A stretch of 64,000 bases of DNA from Acanthaster planci (taxonomy: Eukaryota). The notes beneath the pieces are model-generated. The model worked only from the letters and a program-made list of their open reading frames with translations. It was not told the DNA's origin and ran no database searches. Positions 36,714-50,492 of the stretch are shown here, one piece after another. A program made the translations under genes and the position numbers. The first letter of the stretch is position 1. Each line of letters starts with the position of its first letter. The stretch spans positions 1,071,976 through 1,135,975 of the forward strand of contig NW_019091359.1 in the NCBI RefSeq assembly GCF_001949145.1, written 5' to 3'.

Positions 36714-39700
36714 CCCCCCCCCCAAGAGAGTATTGAATAAAAGAACTAGTGAATCATTTTCAGTTTAGGCATGACATGTTATTCAAAACAACTGACCTCA
36801 CTTGTTCTATGATAGCACAGGCTTGATGTTCCAAGAGAGTTTTTATGAATGTAAAAAAGTTTGTAATGTTTGCTGGAAGGGATACTCGTATTATCCTGGA
36901 TTGAGTTGTTAAAGCAGTGCTCGTGGGTTTGAGTACACAGTATTCAGAGGACTCAAGTCGGTCGCCCACAGTGACAAAGGGGATTTCTAAATGTATTTGG
37001 GTCAGGTTGGGGAGATCACAGCGGAACCGTTCGAGAGACTGAGGATACATGCGCGTACTGAGACAAGTGGGAAGAGGGAAAGAAATGAAGAGAGTTGGTG
37101 TTGGCTTGGCCCGATGGAGCCAAGGCTGTTCCGATTTCACAAAATCTGCTTCTGTAGCGGAATACCTTGACTAATTTCAAGGCTTTGCAGCAGTAGCTGG
37201 GGGACAGATTGTGTAAACTGTTTTAATGCTTTTAAATATTTTTTTTTTCTTCTTGTCGTTGTAGTGTACTGTGAAGGATTATCGGGTGGAATGAATCTTT
37301 TTCCTTTGGGCTCTTGAGCTGTGTGAGGGCAGGAAGATGCAACTGTATTTCTAACAGACTTTCATAATCTGCTTTCTTACCATAAATGATATCCTGTACT
37401 CTTTGAATATTGTTTGTTCTTCCATTTGGAGCGCCGTGTTATACTGAGGCTTGATACTCTTGATTCTGTTGAGAATGATCAGCACGTCAAGCTTCTGCGA
37501 AAACCACTGATGTAGTCTGTCGTGTAAATGGCATCTTGCACCTCATTTTTGTCTCAAGCCGACAAAAGTGGAACATGTGTGTCAGAAATTAAGGGCATGC
37601 CCCGTGAAAGGTTTGGCTTGGCGACCCAAACCAGAAACATGTTTCAGCTTTGGTCGTTAGATGTTTTCATGACTTCAGCTGGGCCTGTTTGACGTCATAG
37701 TTCTAACCAAATGAGAGCCGAAGGTTGGAGTTGTTTTATTGCCAGTTCAGAATGGCAGAAACAAGCAGACAAGTTTGGGTCATCTTGGATAAGTGAATTT
37801 AACATTCACAAAATTTGTTGTTACTTGTAGTAGATCAAAAGACGTACTTCTATATCGTGCAAAGAGATAGCAGGACTGGTAAAAAACATGCTGAATATGG
37901 AGTGAAAATAACATTATCAACAAGGTCATCTGCAACCCTGGACTTTGTCTCTGTCGGAAGGCGTAACCGTTTTTGCTTCTATATTTTTGTGGACCAAAAT
38001 GGACCTGGTTATTTCTTTGACGTCACAAACATGTTTCTGGTTGGGGGTTGCGAAAACACTCCCCTGTGAACATGCAACCTCTGGTGTCTAATAGAAAAGC
38101 TTACACAAGTCAAAGTTAATGCTATGGCAATTTAATTTCTTGCAGAAATAGTCAAACTTAAATCTTTTTAAACTTACTGGCATGATGCAATGAAACAGTT
38201 GTTAACTTTGATGAAGGAGATGGGATTCTTGTTTACCGCATAATAAACAGTACATGGCACCCTTGGTTTCACCTGGGGTGCTGTGTCTTTCAGGGCGTAA
38301 AAAATGCTACATCCCGTGTTGTAGCTTCAAGTCAGCACTTGAAAACTATAAGTCAAACGGGGTTAAATACCCTCAGGAAATAGCAAAGTGCTCCAACTTG
38401 GAACAGGATGTAGCACTCGTGTACAAACTTAGTGACATCAAAAATAGACACATTTTTTATAATCTCTCTCTGATGCAGGATGCATGGTTTGAGTAGACTG
38501 CATTCAAGAGTATTTGTTCAGAAATATTTTTGTTTCTTCCTCTCAACAAAAGGCTTCGTGTCGGGAGACAGTGGTTCAGAATAACAGGTCAGGGCTTCAT
38601 GTGAACAAAATATCCCGGTAGTTGTAGACAATTTTTTTTTTTTCATTTAAATTTTCTGTTCTGTACCATAATGCAGCCCCTTATATACATTTATCTATAA
38701 AACTTAACATTTCATGTTTTACAGGGATAATGAACATTTAGGATTTTTCTAACCGAAAGGACCTACGCGACAAATTCCACATGTAAAGATTTCAGAAGTC
38801 ATATTCTTATTAATAAAAGAAAAATAAGATTAATAAAAGAAAAACATACATGGACACTCATTTTGACTCAGGTTTTGCACTTTTTTCCATCATGATAAAA
38901 CTGTACCTGACTTTCGCGGGTGCTTTATGGCAATGTCAGTTTGGTGTTTTGATGTACATCTGGTTTTTTTGTTCACAGTGAATCTAATTTGACATTGTTC
39001 ATGAACTAGCTAGTGATAAATGAGCAAATAGATGTGATGCTATGCATCAACAGAAAGGAAAAAATTGGAATGGAAAGTAGGAATTTAACCTCATGATAGG
39101 AAAATGTGTTCTGCCTGCGACATCACTTTGACTATTCAGCTCACATGTGGACATTTGAATTGGTGGTAAAATAAAATCACATGACCCTTAGAATTCTGGC
39201 ACGAGACTGAAAGTGAGGTTGTGTGGGACGCATTCATTTTAACTTTTAACAGAGATCTTGGTCTTGGTATAAAACCTGTGGGCATTTTTGAGCTGGACAT
39301 GTTGAGGTTGCGATGAACGAGGTGATGGCTTGTGCCGGCGTGTTTCTGTATGGTGGTAGGAATGGGCCTGTGCGCTGATATCGTCACTTTGTTCATGCAT
39401 GAACTTCCCTATGGAGCCAGTGGTGGGCCCATCATCCACTGAGCACCACAGGAAATTACTCACATAAACAGAGTACGCCAACACGATCTATTAGTGATAC
39501 AGTATATAACGGAGTTTTTGTCTGCCCGGATGTAGTGCAGGTGAGTGTTTTATACAGACACTACTTGGTGATACTCTGCAATTGTGTCCAGCCATCAAAA
39601 TGTTCCAGCAGTATTGATATACCTCACTGGCATTCACAACCTCATTTTCATGGGTATGATCTTGCCATGCCAAGTTGGTTCCAACACACCTTATGCAATC

Positions 39701-40559
39701 TTAATCCCTGCTGTTGTGTAATTTAAATATCCCACTATTTGGGAGTTTTAAATTAGGACTATTTGATGTGTTACGTGCAACGCAGATTTCTGCGTGCGTG
39801 ACGTGCACGTGGGTGCGAGTGTGTAGCTTCTGAGATGTGCAAGCGATTCACTTACATTTATGTATATTCAAACTGAATAGCCAGTCGGAGCTCTTTTCTT
39901 GTGCTAAAAGACCAGGGGCTAGTGAAGGAGCGCGCACGTAGCCCATTGTGGCATTCAGTATGCGTACAATGGGAACATCTAACTGTATTCATTAGGAACT
40001 GGGTAATACTTTTGCAAGGTCCTACTTGACATCCTTGGTGTCATTTTTCAATGGAGGTTATGAGTTGTTGGCATCTCCACGGTGTCTCAGAGGCCGTTTT
40101 ATTTTAATCTAGTTACGGTGAATGCACGGAAGATTAACTCGAGCCTATCACAGCCATTCAAAGCTCTTGCCCTCTAAGGACACATAAACGCATAAATTCA
40201 ATAGTAAACAAAGTTTAAAACCAGGTTGGTTTTTCTTTTTGCATGTAGATTTTGTCAGCTATGGTAAACCATATTGGATATGCTTCCATTCATTCAGTGT
40301 TGTAAACAGTTGGTCTCTGCATTTCTTCTCAGAAAGGTCAACATCAGTAAAATGTCATTGCTTTGTATTCTGTCAACATTTGGTTTGGCCACAAATGGTT
40401 TTATATCATTTTTTGTCCATCACTATAGTTTTAAAGGAAACATGATTTGAAACTCGTTTTGTAAATACTGTAAATATGTCAGAGAGAAGCAAACGAGTCT
40501 GGTGGATGGTATTATGGAAAGAGTCGTGCTGTCAAATGTAAACCGTTTTCAACATTTTG

Positions 40560-40565
40560 AATAAA
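40560..40565 (+). terminator. Candidate distal poly(A) signal of SUV39H (others at 36736 and ~38812)
   Basis: AATAAA followed by T-rich sequence at the end of a ~3.8 kb T-rich region. Confidence 0.45.
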
Positions 40566-41412
40566 GTTTTTCTTTTCCAAGTGATTGAGAGCCCATGGCA
40601 TGATTTTGCTTAGGGGAACACATTGTGTGTTTTAAACTTTCTAATGTTGAAGTGTGTATCAGTTTTGGATTAATTTTATTGAAAAGTACATTTTTTTAAA
40701 AGACGTTTAAACATTTCCAAGCTTTTTTTCCTGACAAATGGAAGCACTGTTTCTGTGATGTTATTTAAGGAAGACATTCATTATAAAGCAGGTTTTCTGT
40801 TCAAATTGTGACCCCAAAATTTGCTCAGCATCTGAGAAAACTGTCGAGACAACTATGTTAACCGACCTTTTGTCATGAACTGAAGCATCACCTTCAAAAA
40901 CACAATTGACTGCCTAATTGAAAGTAGGGCCCAACTCCCCCCCAAAAAACTTTCTTGAGTTAAAAAAAAAACCAATAGTTTTTGAAGAGGTTGCAAAGGA
41001 AATCAATTAACTCTCCTTGGCCAAAATAGTGGGCTTTTCCTCTAAATGAGGTATTCAATTTAAAGACATAAAAAATCCAATATTATGGCCAATTCTGGTG
41101 CTAATAAAACTGACAAGTCTTCCAATGTTGACATCACACTTTTGCTCATGAATATGCAAGTCATATGCATAAGAAATAGGACACCAAACTCCCTTACACA
41201 TAGCAAATTGAAAAATGGAGTAAAAGGATACCAAGAATGTGCATTTACAGGGACTTCCGTGAAAAATTGAAATAAACAGCCTGTTGATGCACAAAAGCAA
41301 AGCAATCCTTTGTATGTATTTTCTTTCTTGAAGGTAGATTTTATAGAGACCATAAAAAGCTGTAGTTTGATCGACACAGAGCCTGCAAAATTGGCACATT
41401 TTGATTTTTCAC

Positions 41413-41418
41413 TTTATT
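41413..41418 (-). terminator. Candidate poly(A) signal of the Artemis gene
   Basis: AATAAA on the minus strand (plus tttatt) at the end of a region that is T-rich on the minus strand, downstream of the stop. Confidence 0.45.
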
Positions 41419-43247
41419 CAATTCACAATTCACACCAATTCATCAAAGCAAGTGCCAGTGTACAGGTAAAACAATTTTACTGCAAATAAAACCAAAGAAG
41501 AAAAATAAAGGCAACAGAAAGACATCTACATGCACCTGTGTCGTTTTGAAGTTCGACGTGACTCCTAACAGGTAATATCTGTCTATCAAAAATCCATCGC
41601 AAGTCTGTTCATGACAACTCTGGTCTCAAGACACTGTATTTGCTTGTCTTAATTTAACACGACACAAACAAACCCTTTGTTTTTTTGTGTTCTTGTCCTT
41701 AAAGTGATACAATCTCACAGTGAAATTCAAATCCACACGTCAGTTGCTTCAAATATTTTGTAAGAAATACTTCTCCGAATGTCACGGTTAAACACTTTTT
41801 CCATGCAATAAACCAGTGGACACTGCCACTCAAGTTACTTACAGATTTTTTTTGTTTACATAAACATACTAGTTACAGTTTGAATATTTTATGTTCTTAA
41901 AAAATTAATTCAAATTAATCTTAAGATCATGCATCCTCTTTGAAGTACAAATGTAGCAACTGTCCATTAATATTTCACACAAATTCAAGTCATAAAGGTT
42001 CAAACATCTTCCGGCCGCGGCTGCCTTTTAAAGAAATTTTTTTTCTGATATCTATGTCAGATCAGACAGAATGTGATTTTCATATTAACTGATACCCATG
42101 TCAGAAACTGTAGCCTCAACTGAACGTATTTTAGAATTAAGTCAGATTTTGGATCTGGCAAAATCAATTCAGCCAAACACTTGACACAGCAATGAAAGTC
42201 AAGTTTTTGACTCTAAAATTGAACAAGTTTACTCTGAACTTTGAAGAAATAAAAACTTAACAAATTTAAGCATTTCAGCTCCTGATCTGAATTCCAGAAG
42301 TAATAATTAAGCACAAAAATCCCATCCGTCAAATAATTATGATGAAACAAAAGAAGATAAACCTCCAGGAAACACCTGACATTTCACTTATTAAATGCTA
42401 AAAAAAGGCACAGCACATGGATGCATGGTCATATTTGCATATTATTGTAAGCTGTGCCATTAAAGTAGAAACTTAATATTGCACTGAACAGATCAACTGA
42501 AACTGAATTTGAGAATGATTTACATGTACAATGGATTATGGTGTTTGCACTAGACTCAAGTAGTTCATAAATCAACTGAATGTTGGCACGCTTATGTTGT
42601 TAACGAGACCTAGATTTCTGTATAACAAAGACACTGCAGAATTTTGAAAATTTTAATTCATTTAAAATTTTCTATAAATACTCAATAAATGAAATGCCCC
42701 CTCCAGAAACAATTTCATTTTGGTCATAAATACCGAAGATGTAGAAGGCATATAGCTACATAATATTAAAGCAAATTGAATTTTATGAAGTTATGTCTCT
42801 GAAAATAAAATATAATAATATTAACTTTTCACCAAACAGGGCTTCAGAGGTACTGAGGAATTCATTAGAATTTCTCAGCAATGTACTGAACATTAAAGAT
42901 TGCAACTGGACGATAAAAAAGGCTGATATTTTTCAGTATCTGTGTCAGCATCTGCTTCACCTTTTTTATCCACCAAAAGTTTTGGAGCTGCAGTTGATGA
43001 GACCATTCCTGGTCCATCACAAGTCGTCCAACCACAAGTCTGCAAGGTCAGAAGTATTAAAATGGGATAAACAAGGACACAGGGTTGCGCCCAAAACAGT
43101 TCATTTGAGTAGTTTATGATTAGGCTTTGACTTAACAGTACATTAGCTGTGACTAGCTTGCGGACTCTATGACAACTTAGCTACAACACTGAAATTTCAC
43201 CAACCAAGGTTTCCTTGAGGATGAAGTTTTCAAACACTTGAAGTTTC

Positions 43248-44392
43248 TCAGTCTGGTTTGATTGATCTGTTACATGATGCAACGCCTACTGATTCCCCTC
43301 TTGCTATCCTGACCCACACAGCCTCAACCCGATCGGGCCGAACCCCCTTTCCCTCTGGAGTACATGGGATGTCAAAATCTGAGGAGCTGCGTGAGGCGGC
43401 AGACCCCTGCGAACTCGGCAGGAACGTGTCTTGGGAATGATTGGTGCCCTGGGACAGTTCCAAGTGTGCCTCATCGAGGGTGGCCTGTGAGTCACTGCTT
43501 TCCAGAGGGACAACCGACCCAGTGGACGAAAGCTGGGAGCTCAGCACGACTGTCCCGTGAGATTTGGACTCAATTACGTTTCCGTCAGTATCAGCGGGCA
43601 ATTTGTTGGTGTTCTGAGCATGCTGTTGGGTGCCTCTTTGCTCTGTAAATCCCGTGGAATCACTCTTGTCTTGCTGTTTAGATGCATCAGCGGTTCTAGC
43701 ATCAAACCAAGTAGGTTTGCAACAACCATCCTCCAAGTACTGGGGAATGTTTTGGCTTGTGCCTGTCCAGTTGGCAACGGGAACTGATGTCTCTTGGCTG
43801 TTCTTGATGCTGTATTCTTCTGTCACATCTGACTCACACCAGGAGCTATCCAACTCGGTCATGCCTTGGTGCTTAGCCTCAAGGTGATGTACACCATCTG
43901 GAAGTTTCACATCAACTCTGCAGTCGGTTTCAGCCAGTCCTACATCGGCAGGAGGATGTTTCTCCTCGACAGGAGGGGGCGTGGCAGTTCCCAATCTGAC
44001 TGCCTTCTGGGACTCCTTGTCAATGTCTGCATCGGGCAGGTACTTCAACCAGCTATTGATCTCGGCATGTTTGGACTCCTGTCGTGATCGCTTCTCATTC
44101 AAGTCTACCACCTCTTGCAAATAATCTTCATCTTGTGATGACTTACACGTGGCTGGATTGTCATGCAGCTTGTGTGGTGGTTTGCTCTTTGAAGGTGGCT
44201 CAACAACTTCTCCAAATTCAAGGTTTTGTTCCTTGAATCCTTCTTGACTGTCTTCCACAGGTAGGGATTGGTCTGGTGCTGAGTCATACAGGTCTAGTTC
44301 CCCACTGCTCAGATCACTGTCGTCCATTGCCAAGTAACTATCTTGGATAGAACCCTTTGGATGGTCTCCTGACTCTGGAGATGTCCGGACAT
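43248..44392 (-). CDS. DCLRE1C: Artemis (DCLRE1C/SNM1C) terminal exon, disordered regulatory C-terminal tail
   Basis: Acceptor ttattcag|at gtc. SSSDFDIPCTPEGKGVRPDRVEAVWVRIARGESV resembles the human Artemis C-terminus ([34 protein letters not shown]), and TVVLSSQ resembles TVLLSSQ. Ten SQ motifs. Tail-to-tail with SUV39H as in vertebrates. Confidence 0.85.
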
Positions 44393-44865
44393 CTGAATAA
44401 AAATAGAAATCAAAAATGAAAAAAAGCAAACCCGATGAACACATGAAATAGAAAACCGATGCAGGGTATTGCATTGTTTTTGTCTAACTACATAAAGTAA
44501 ACTGGCACTTCATCTTGAAATGTGAACTCGCAACAGTGTTGCCTAAACACCACAAATATGGTAACAATTTGTGCTTTTTGGATCTGTATAGAAGAATTTT
44601 TGCCAGCACTTTCCTAGAATGTACTGAAAACAGGAAGCAGCACAGTTGATCTGATGTTAATTTGAAGCAATTTGAACAGGAATTAAAAAAATTACAAGTC
44701 TTGACTGAATTCTGTTGGTTAGTCCAGATGGGTAGCTGTTGGAGAAGGAGGGCTTTACAAGACCACATGTGCGCTGTGAATCACGCATAAAGCCACAATG
44801 TTAGAGTAGCATTTGAACTTAATCCAGAGAGTCTTGAACATACCAAATCAAATTTTGCTTTTTAC

Positions 44866-44994
44866 CTTCTGTTGCTGGTACATAAGATGAACATTCTCCC
44901 TGAAGGTTTTGCTCTTTTCGTCTCTTGTTTAGAGGCGGGGAGGACTGAAACCACTCTGACAACTCATCATCCATACCATCAGCAGAGCAAGATG
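44866..44994 (-). CDS. DCLRE1C: Artemis internal exon (phase 1/1)
   Basis: tttttatcacctag|ca tct ... gaa g|gtaaaa; SCSADGMDDELSEWFQSSPPLNKRRKEQNLQGECSSYVPATE; in frame with the terminal exon. Confidence 0.7.
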
Positions 44995-45083
44995 CTAGGT
45001 GATAAAAAAGAAAAATATCAAACAGTAATTCATTTTTTGTTTTGTGTATTTTTACGGGAAATAACACGTGTGACCCAGTACAC

Positions 45084-45265
45084 CGAAATCAGGAATAAGC
45101 TGTCTGTAATTGCCCAGTTTTCTTGAGTGGGAGTAAATCTTGACTGAAGTTGGTTTTGACTTTTCCAGGAAGTAAGACCAATCTTGGTCCATCCATTTTT
45201 CATCAGTTTCACCAGTGCTGTAGGCCAAACTTGCGGTACCGAGTTCTGAACTGCCAAATATTGAA
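45084..45265 (-). CDS. DCLRE1C: Artemis internal exon (phase 2/1), tentative
   Basis: ttccttcctgaccag| acceptor, weak donor g|gtgtac. DQDWSYFLEK resembles the ligase IV-binding DVPQWEVFFKR of human Artemis. Confidence 0.55.
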
Positions 45266-45580
45266 CTGGTCAGGAAGGAACAAAGCTGAAGTTCATGGGC
45301 ACTTGATGGTAAATGCACAAAGATAAGAATGCAAACTAAATGTAAGATTTCAGACACTTCCAGATTTGTAAAAACTGAGTTTTAAGAAGAGAAGAAAGTA
45401 CTTGGTCGAATACTTTCTGAGTACTTTTGTCATAAAAACTTAATTTTCATTGAACAGTGATGGTCTGAAGTCATCATTTTACTTTGTAATCTTACTTATG
45501 TGTATGTTCCATCAAATGCCCACATACGTCAGCTTTGTTCCTTCTTAACCAGTTCAGTATCTGGCAGAGAACTTGGTACT
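45237..45580. repeat. ~100 bp imperfect inverted repeat (45237-45335 / 45482-45580)
   Basis: Reverse complement of the left arm tcagctttgttccttcctgaccagttcaatatttggcag vs right arm tcagctttgttccttcttaaccagttcagtatctggcag. Confidence 0.85.
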
Positions 45581-47987
45581 TGACAACAACTCTGAGTTTC
45601 ACAAGTAGTCCAACATGAACCTTATGCTGGACGAGAGGGGTTGGCTAGGGGGTAGTGCATGCTTTCAAAAATATCAAACACAATAATGCCCCGCACAGAT
45701 ATAATTTCTCCTTCCTTGCTATTTGAATCTCTAGAAGAATAAAAATTTGAATTGCTAGAAGAATTTTTAAAAAAGAGAGAATTCTTTGTACACTTTGTCA
45801 AAATGATGAAAAAAGTGGACGGTCTCTGAACCCAAGACTTCAGCTGAAAGCCACTGTCGTCCAATATCCACCTCTGGGAAACGAGAATTTAGAATGGGTT
45901 GATGGTACACATTGTACCAAATGAAATGAACTCCCCTGGCACCGTTACAAGGGACCTCCCCAAATCCTCCCAAGTTCCCCACTGAGAGAAGAGCTAAGCC
46001 AAATGAAATTTCCAAGGGTAGATCCAGAACCATTTTGGGGAGGGGGATTTGGGGGAGGGCCTTTCTTAGGGGTTAGCCTAAACGTTTGAGCTTTTAACTT
46101 TTTTATTGAAACTACAGACACAGTGCTTGGCTTCTCTCAAGGGCCCGCTTCAACTACAAACTAAAATGCTGATTTTTTGAAGCGGTAGATGAATTTGGAA
46201 TGAGTTTTCAATATCAGTGGTGCACTTGCTGCAGCATACGTGAAGCAGCTCATGTGAAGGTCTAATTGCCATAAATTTTGCTTCTTCCGACAAAATTAAC
46301 ATTGCTTCTCGAATTAAAAGCAAGTTTACATTACAACCCCTGCTGTCCTAGTGCGACCTTACAGTATGATTCACTCTATTTGGTGTCCTGGCTGCTGTTC
46401 TTGCAGACTTCCCCTCCAATCCCGGCCACAAAGGCCCTGTCCAATGATTTAACTGGGGAAATATGAGACCTTAAAGAATCCGGTGAGGCTATCATATACC
46501 CAGCTTTGACATCAACCCTTGGCATGCTGAACAATGTCATGAATATCTGCCTCAAAACGAATGCCTTGTTAAAAAATTTTGAAAAAATGAACTAACGTGA
46601 GCTATTTCTCACAAGTGCACTTTAAAGAAACGAAGGGTAACAGCAAAGCAGCACACAGAATTCATAGTAAAATATCGCTAACTTGTTGAAAGATGTGAAA
46701 AACACCGAGCATCATGAAAATACATATTTCCTTTTTTTCCACATGCAAAATGTAAGCAATTTTTCTGATGTCGAAGTTGTATTAATCACAACGGAGCTGG
46801 ATCACAAACAAAACGAGACTAATTTGTGAGCAAACTAAGGTAAAATATCTGACTTTTGTACCTACATGTACATATAGCATGCAAAATAAATACATGCACA
46901 AATGGTTGCTGGCATAGTTTTCATTCATTAGTTATTTGATGCACGTATAAGTACCCTGTTAACAAATTCTTGGGAACTCTAGTTTTTGTCAAAACTTAGA
47001 GTTCAGTTTAAAACCTGGTATGCACTTCATCCTTGTACGTGTACTGTACATGTCTGAAGGAAGTGTCGTCCCTGCGCTGCGGGTACATATGTCGGTAGGT
47101 GCTATACTGCATGCATTCATGCACTGGGTTTAGACAATATTCAAGGTGGTTTGTGAATTTAGTCAATTACTTGATTTAAATTTCTTAATTCAAATCCAAA
47201 TTTGTTTAATTTTGCAGCAAAGGAGATAAATGAATGAACATTAACAATACACCTGCAGCTTCTTTGCCTGCTCTTGAAAAGATACTTGAGCCAAGTTGTC
47301 TTCAGTTTTCATACAAAAATAAAAAAAATCCGCTTTAAATAAAAAAATCTGATTAAATAAAAAAAAATGTAACTTTTTTTTATAAAAAAAGTTTTTTAAA
47401 TTCCCAAGCCTGAAGCCTGTGTAATTTTAATGTAATGAGTGCTGAATTCTGAGGCAACCAACAAACAGTCAAACACAAAACAACATCAATGGAGGGATAA
47501 GCCACTTGCAAGCTCCATTAGCGTCAAAGGGAACCCCTCTGCAGTAATGGTATGTTCCATAACCCAGACTCAATCCAATGACCTCTGTCATTGGGCCATT
47601 GAAAAAAAAATCAACACAGTCAATTATTACCGGGGCCCTGGCCTGGCCTATTACCATTCCAACAAGAAAAATAACCTAATTATACGACTGCATGGGGCAC
47701 AAATGTTGCAGACTAACCCACTGAAGCACTAGTCTAAAAACTGTGACAATGGTACATGTCCCATGTTGCCTTGAGTGAACTGTTAGTATGATACAAGAGG
47801 CTTCCCAGAGGTTATGAGGAGACTGGTGCAGAGGTGAACACACAACTGAACAGCACTTACATTGTACATGCAAGGTAAGGGTTAATAAATAAAGGCTTTG
47901 TATGCGTGCTGTGCGTTGGGGTTCTCCTTGTAGCTTGTGAGATACGAGTACAATACAGTATATGTGTAGCCACCCTGTATGTTTCAC

Positions 47988-48211
47988 CGTTGGCTGTTAA
48001 TGTCAAACGTATATGTATTAGAATCCCCACTATGTATCTCCAGAGTTTGGAGGTGACTTTTTTTTGTCTCAGCTGTGCTTGTGACAACTTGGGAGGCAGG
48101 GATGTGGAGATTGTTTGTTTGGGTTTGTCTTGGTTCTTGCCTCCTGTGGTTAGCTACAGTGGTACACAAGTGCACACAGCTGTCGACAGATGGTGACTGG
48201 GCAGACTGCAG
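47988..48211 (-). CDS. Possible Artemis internal exon (phase 0/2)
   Basis: tccattccag|ctg ... cg|gtgaaa; open and phase-compatible with both neighbours, but no diagnostic motif. Confidence 0.35.
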
Positions 48212-48595
48212 CTGGAATGGAGACTAGTGCCATTACTTGCCGGTGGGACATAAAGTGGCAGCAGTGATTCTCCATTTTTTCCTGCTCTTACATATGCACT
48301 TTGAAGGTTTTGATTTTCAATAAAATTTCATATCTGTGATATTCTTTATTCATTTGGCTGCACTGCTAAAATTGGATGCATCACTGGTAACCAATAGCCA
48401 GGCTGCCTGTAGTTTATTAGGGCACCAAGACTCTCAGTTTGCATATTGATTTACTTTCTTGATATGGACCACTAGCTGATGGTATTATTATGAATTTCAA
48501 CTTTGGAATAATAATAATCAACTTTTAATAAATACATGAAGCGGCAAGCAGAACAAATGCTGATTCCCAAGGGCCATTTGGAAAATACTTCTTAC

Positions 48596-48676
48596 CATCA
48601 CTCTGTATTTCTGAGGCACTCCAACAGGGCGATATTTGCCATCGAAGAAGGCCTCATAGAGTGTTAACGGCCAAAT
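48596..48676 (-). CDS. Possible Artemis exon just after the beta-CASP domain; 5' boundary unresolved
   Basis: IWPLTLYEAFFDGKYRPVGVPQKYRVM|gtaaga; KYRPVG resembles human KYKPLG. In-frame TGA directly upstream and no good acceptor. Confidence 0.35.
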
Positions 48677-50492
48677 TCAAGTTCAACATACGGTTCATTG
48701 TCATAGACTTCATGGGCTTTATGTGTGTACAAAACAAATAGGGATTGTAAGCATGTTTAAATGTCAGCATGAGGTGAGTTGAGATGCGCTTGAGATTCTA
48801 CCCGTCAGCTGAAAAAGTGTGTCGCCAGATCAGGTAATGTCGCCTGGCATGAAATAGTGAACAGCGATCAGAGTACGAACAGCATGTTACCCAGGAAACA
48901 CAAGATTAATTGTCATTCGACGACTTGTACTCGTTGATCAACCATCACTGACTAAAACCTATTCCACTGGGGCACATGCATTGCAAGTACTAGCATTATG
49001 AAACCATGGTTTGCCTCGAAGGTTTGAAGGCAGAAAGACCATAATGCCTTTGATACACCTGACAGCTAGCCCTCCTGGATTATTCATGCTGGTAAAAAAT
49101 GTGGCGACCACACATCGTCACAAAAGTGGCAGCTCACAACAATGGATGACAGATGACGATGCACATTACATCGCTTGAGTACACGCATCTTCATTATCTA
49201 TTCATAAAAAAATTTGTGTCGTTAGCACACAACTGACACTCTACCAAAAACTGAGCCTCGTTTATTATTAAATAGAAAATACACATTCTTCCTGTTGACA
49301 TGAAGCTTTTGCAATATGAGCAGTGTCACCCAGGGAAATTGCTGATGCCACAAAATTAGAATTTATTGGTGGAGCCATCAAAAATATAGAATTGTGGTCA
49401 TACCCCAGTGCATTCATTATGCTTCAGTACATGCCATTTCTGCTCATGTGGATTTGTCATTAAAGTATAATGTCAAGGACAGGGCAGTTTGAAATACCAA
49501 CTGTGGCATCTACCTGCAGGCATAAACCTACTTGTAGGCTTCAGAGACATATGGAAGGTCTTTGTTAAAGGGACAAAAGTTTGCATGTTTGTTTCATTTG
49601 GTGAAATAAGTTGATTTGTCTTAAAAAATAGACATTTTGTGGCTGTAAATTGACAAAGACATTTGAAACCAGGGTAACCAATGAACAAATAAACTCCAGA
49701 TGGTAAGAATGCTATCACTAACAGGATTCAGTAATCACGTCCACTGTACAGTTGTTGCTTTGAGAAGAGAGAGCCAGCGCTCTAAAGCATTTAATGTGAT
49801 GGTTTCAATTCCCCAGGAAATCATTAATATTCTGATGCCTTTAGACGACTTTCTGTTCCGCACGTTTGTTAGCTTCAGTAAACCCATTCAACAGCACCAG
49901 AAGATGGTAATTATGGAAGAACAATTTGCTAGTTCCCCTTGGAAATTCAGAACAAACTATCTTCCAGGAAATTCAACTTCCACTTTTCCTGACAACTATA
50001 ATACTGTACAGAAGACCCTGGCCTGAAGACAAATTGCCATTGGCCTGGAAACATTTTCTTTGCCAAGACCAATGTTGACTTTTGTTAGAGTACACTTCTC
50101 CGTCAGGATAAAACAGTTGTAGTTTTCTTGTCACAAAATTCCATTCTACCCTTGGTGTCCCATTTCCTCAGTGACATAGCTGCATGTGTACGTAAAAGCA
50201 CATTTTGGTTCATATAAAAAAAATTCCAACTTGGAGTGAAGGATTTCTAATGGTACAAAAATTATGAACACGGTGATGACATCACCGGTAGTGAAGTCAT
50301 GGTTGCGATCTGCCTGTTCTAAAAAAGAAATATTTCCTCAAACATTTCTGTCAACAATTAAAGAAGGAATGAAAAGAAAGAATGAAGTAAAAACCTAAAC
50401 AAGATGCACAACAATTTTACAGGGTACAGCACATGGGGGAGGGGGGGTGATGACTCGGCATTTACAAGAATAAGGACCCAGATGCAGGTGGG

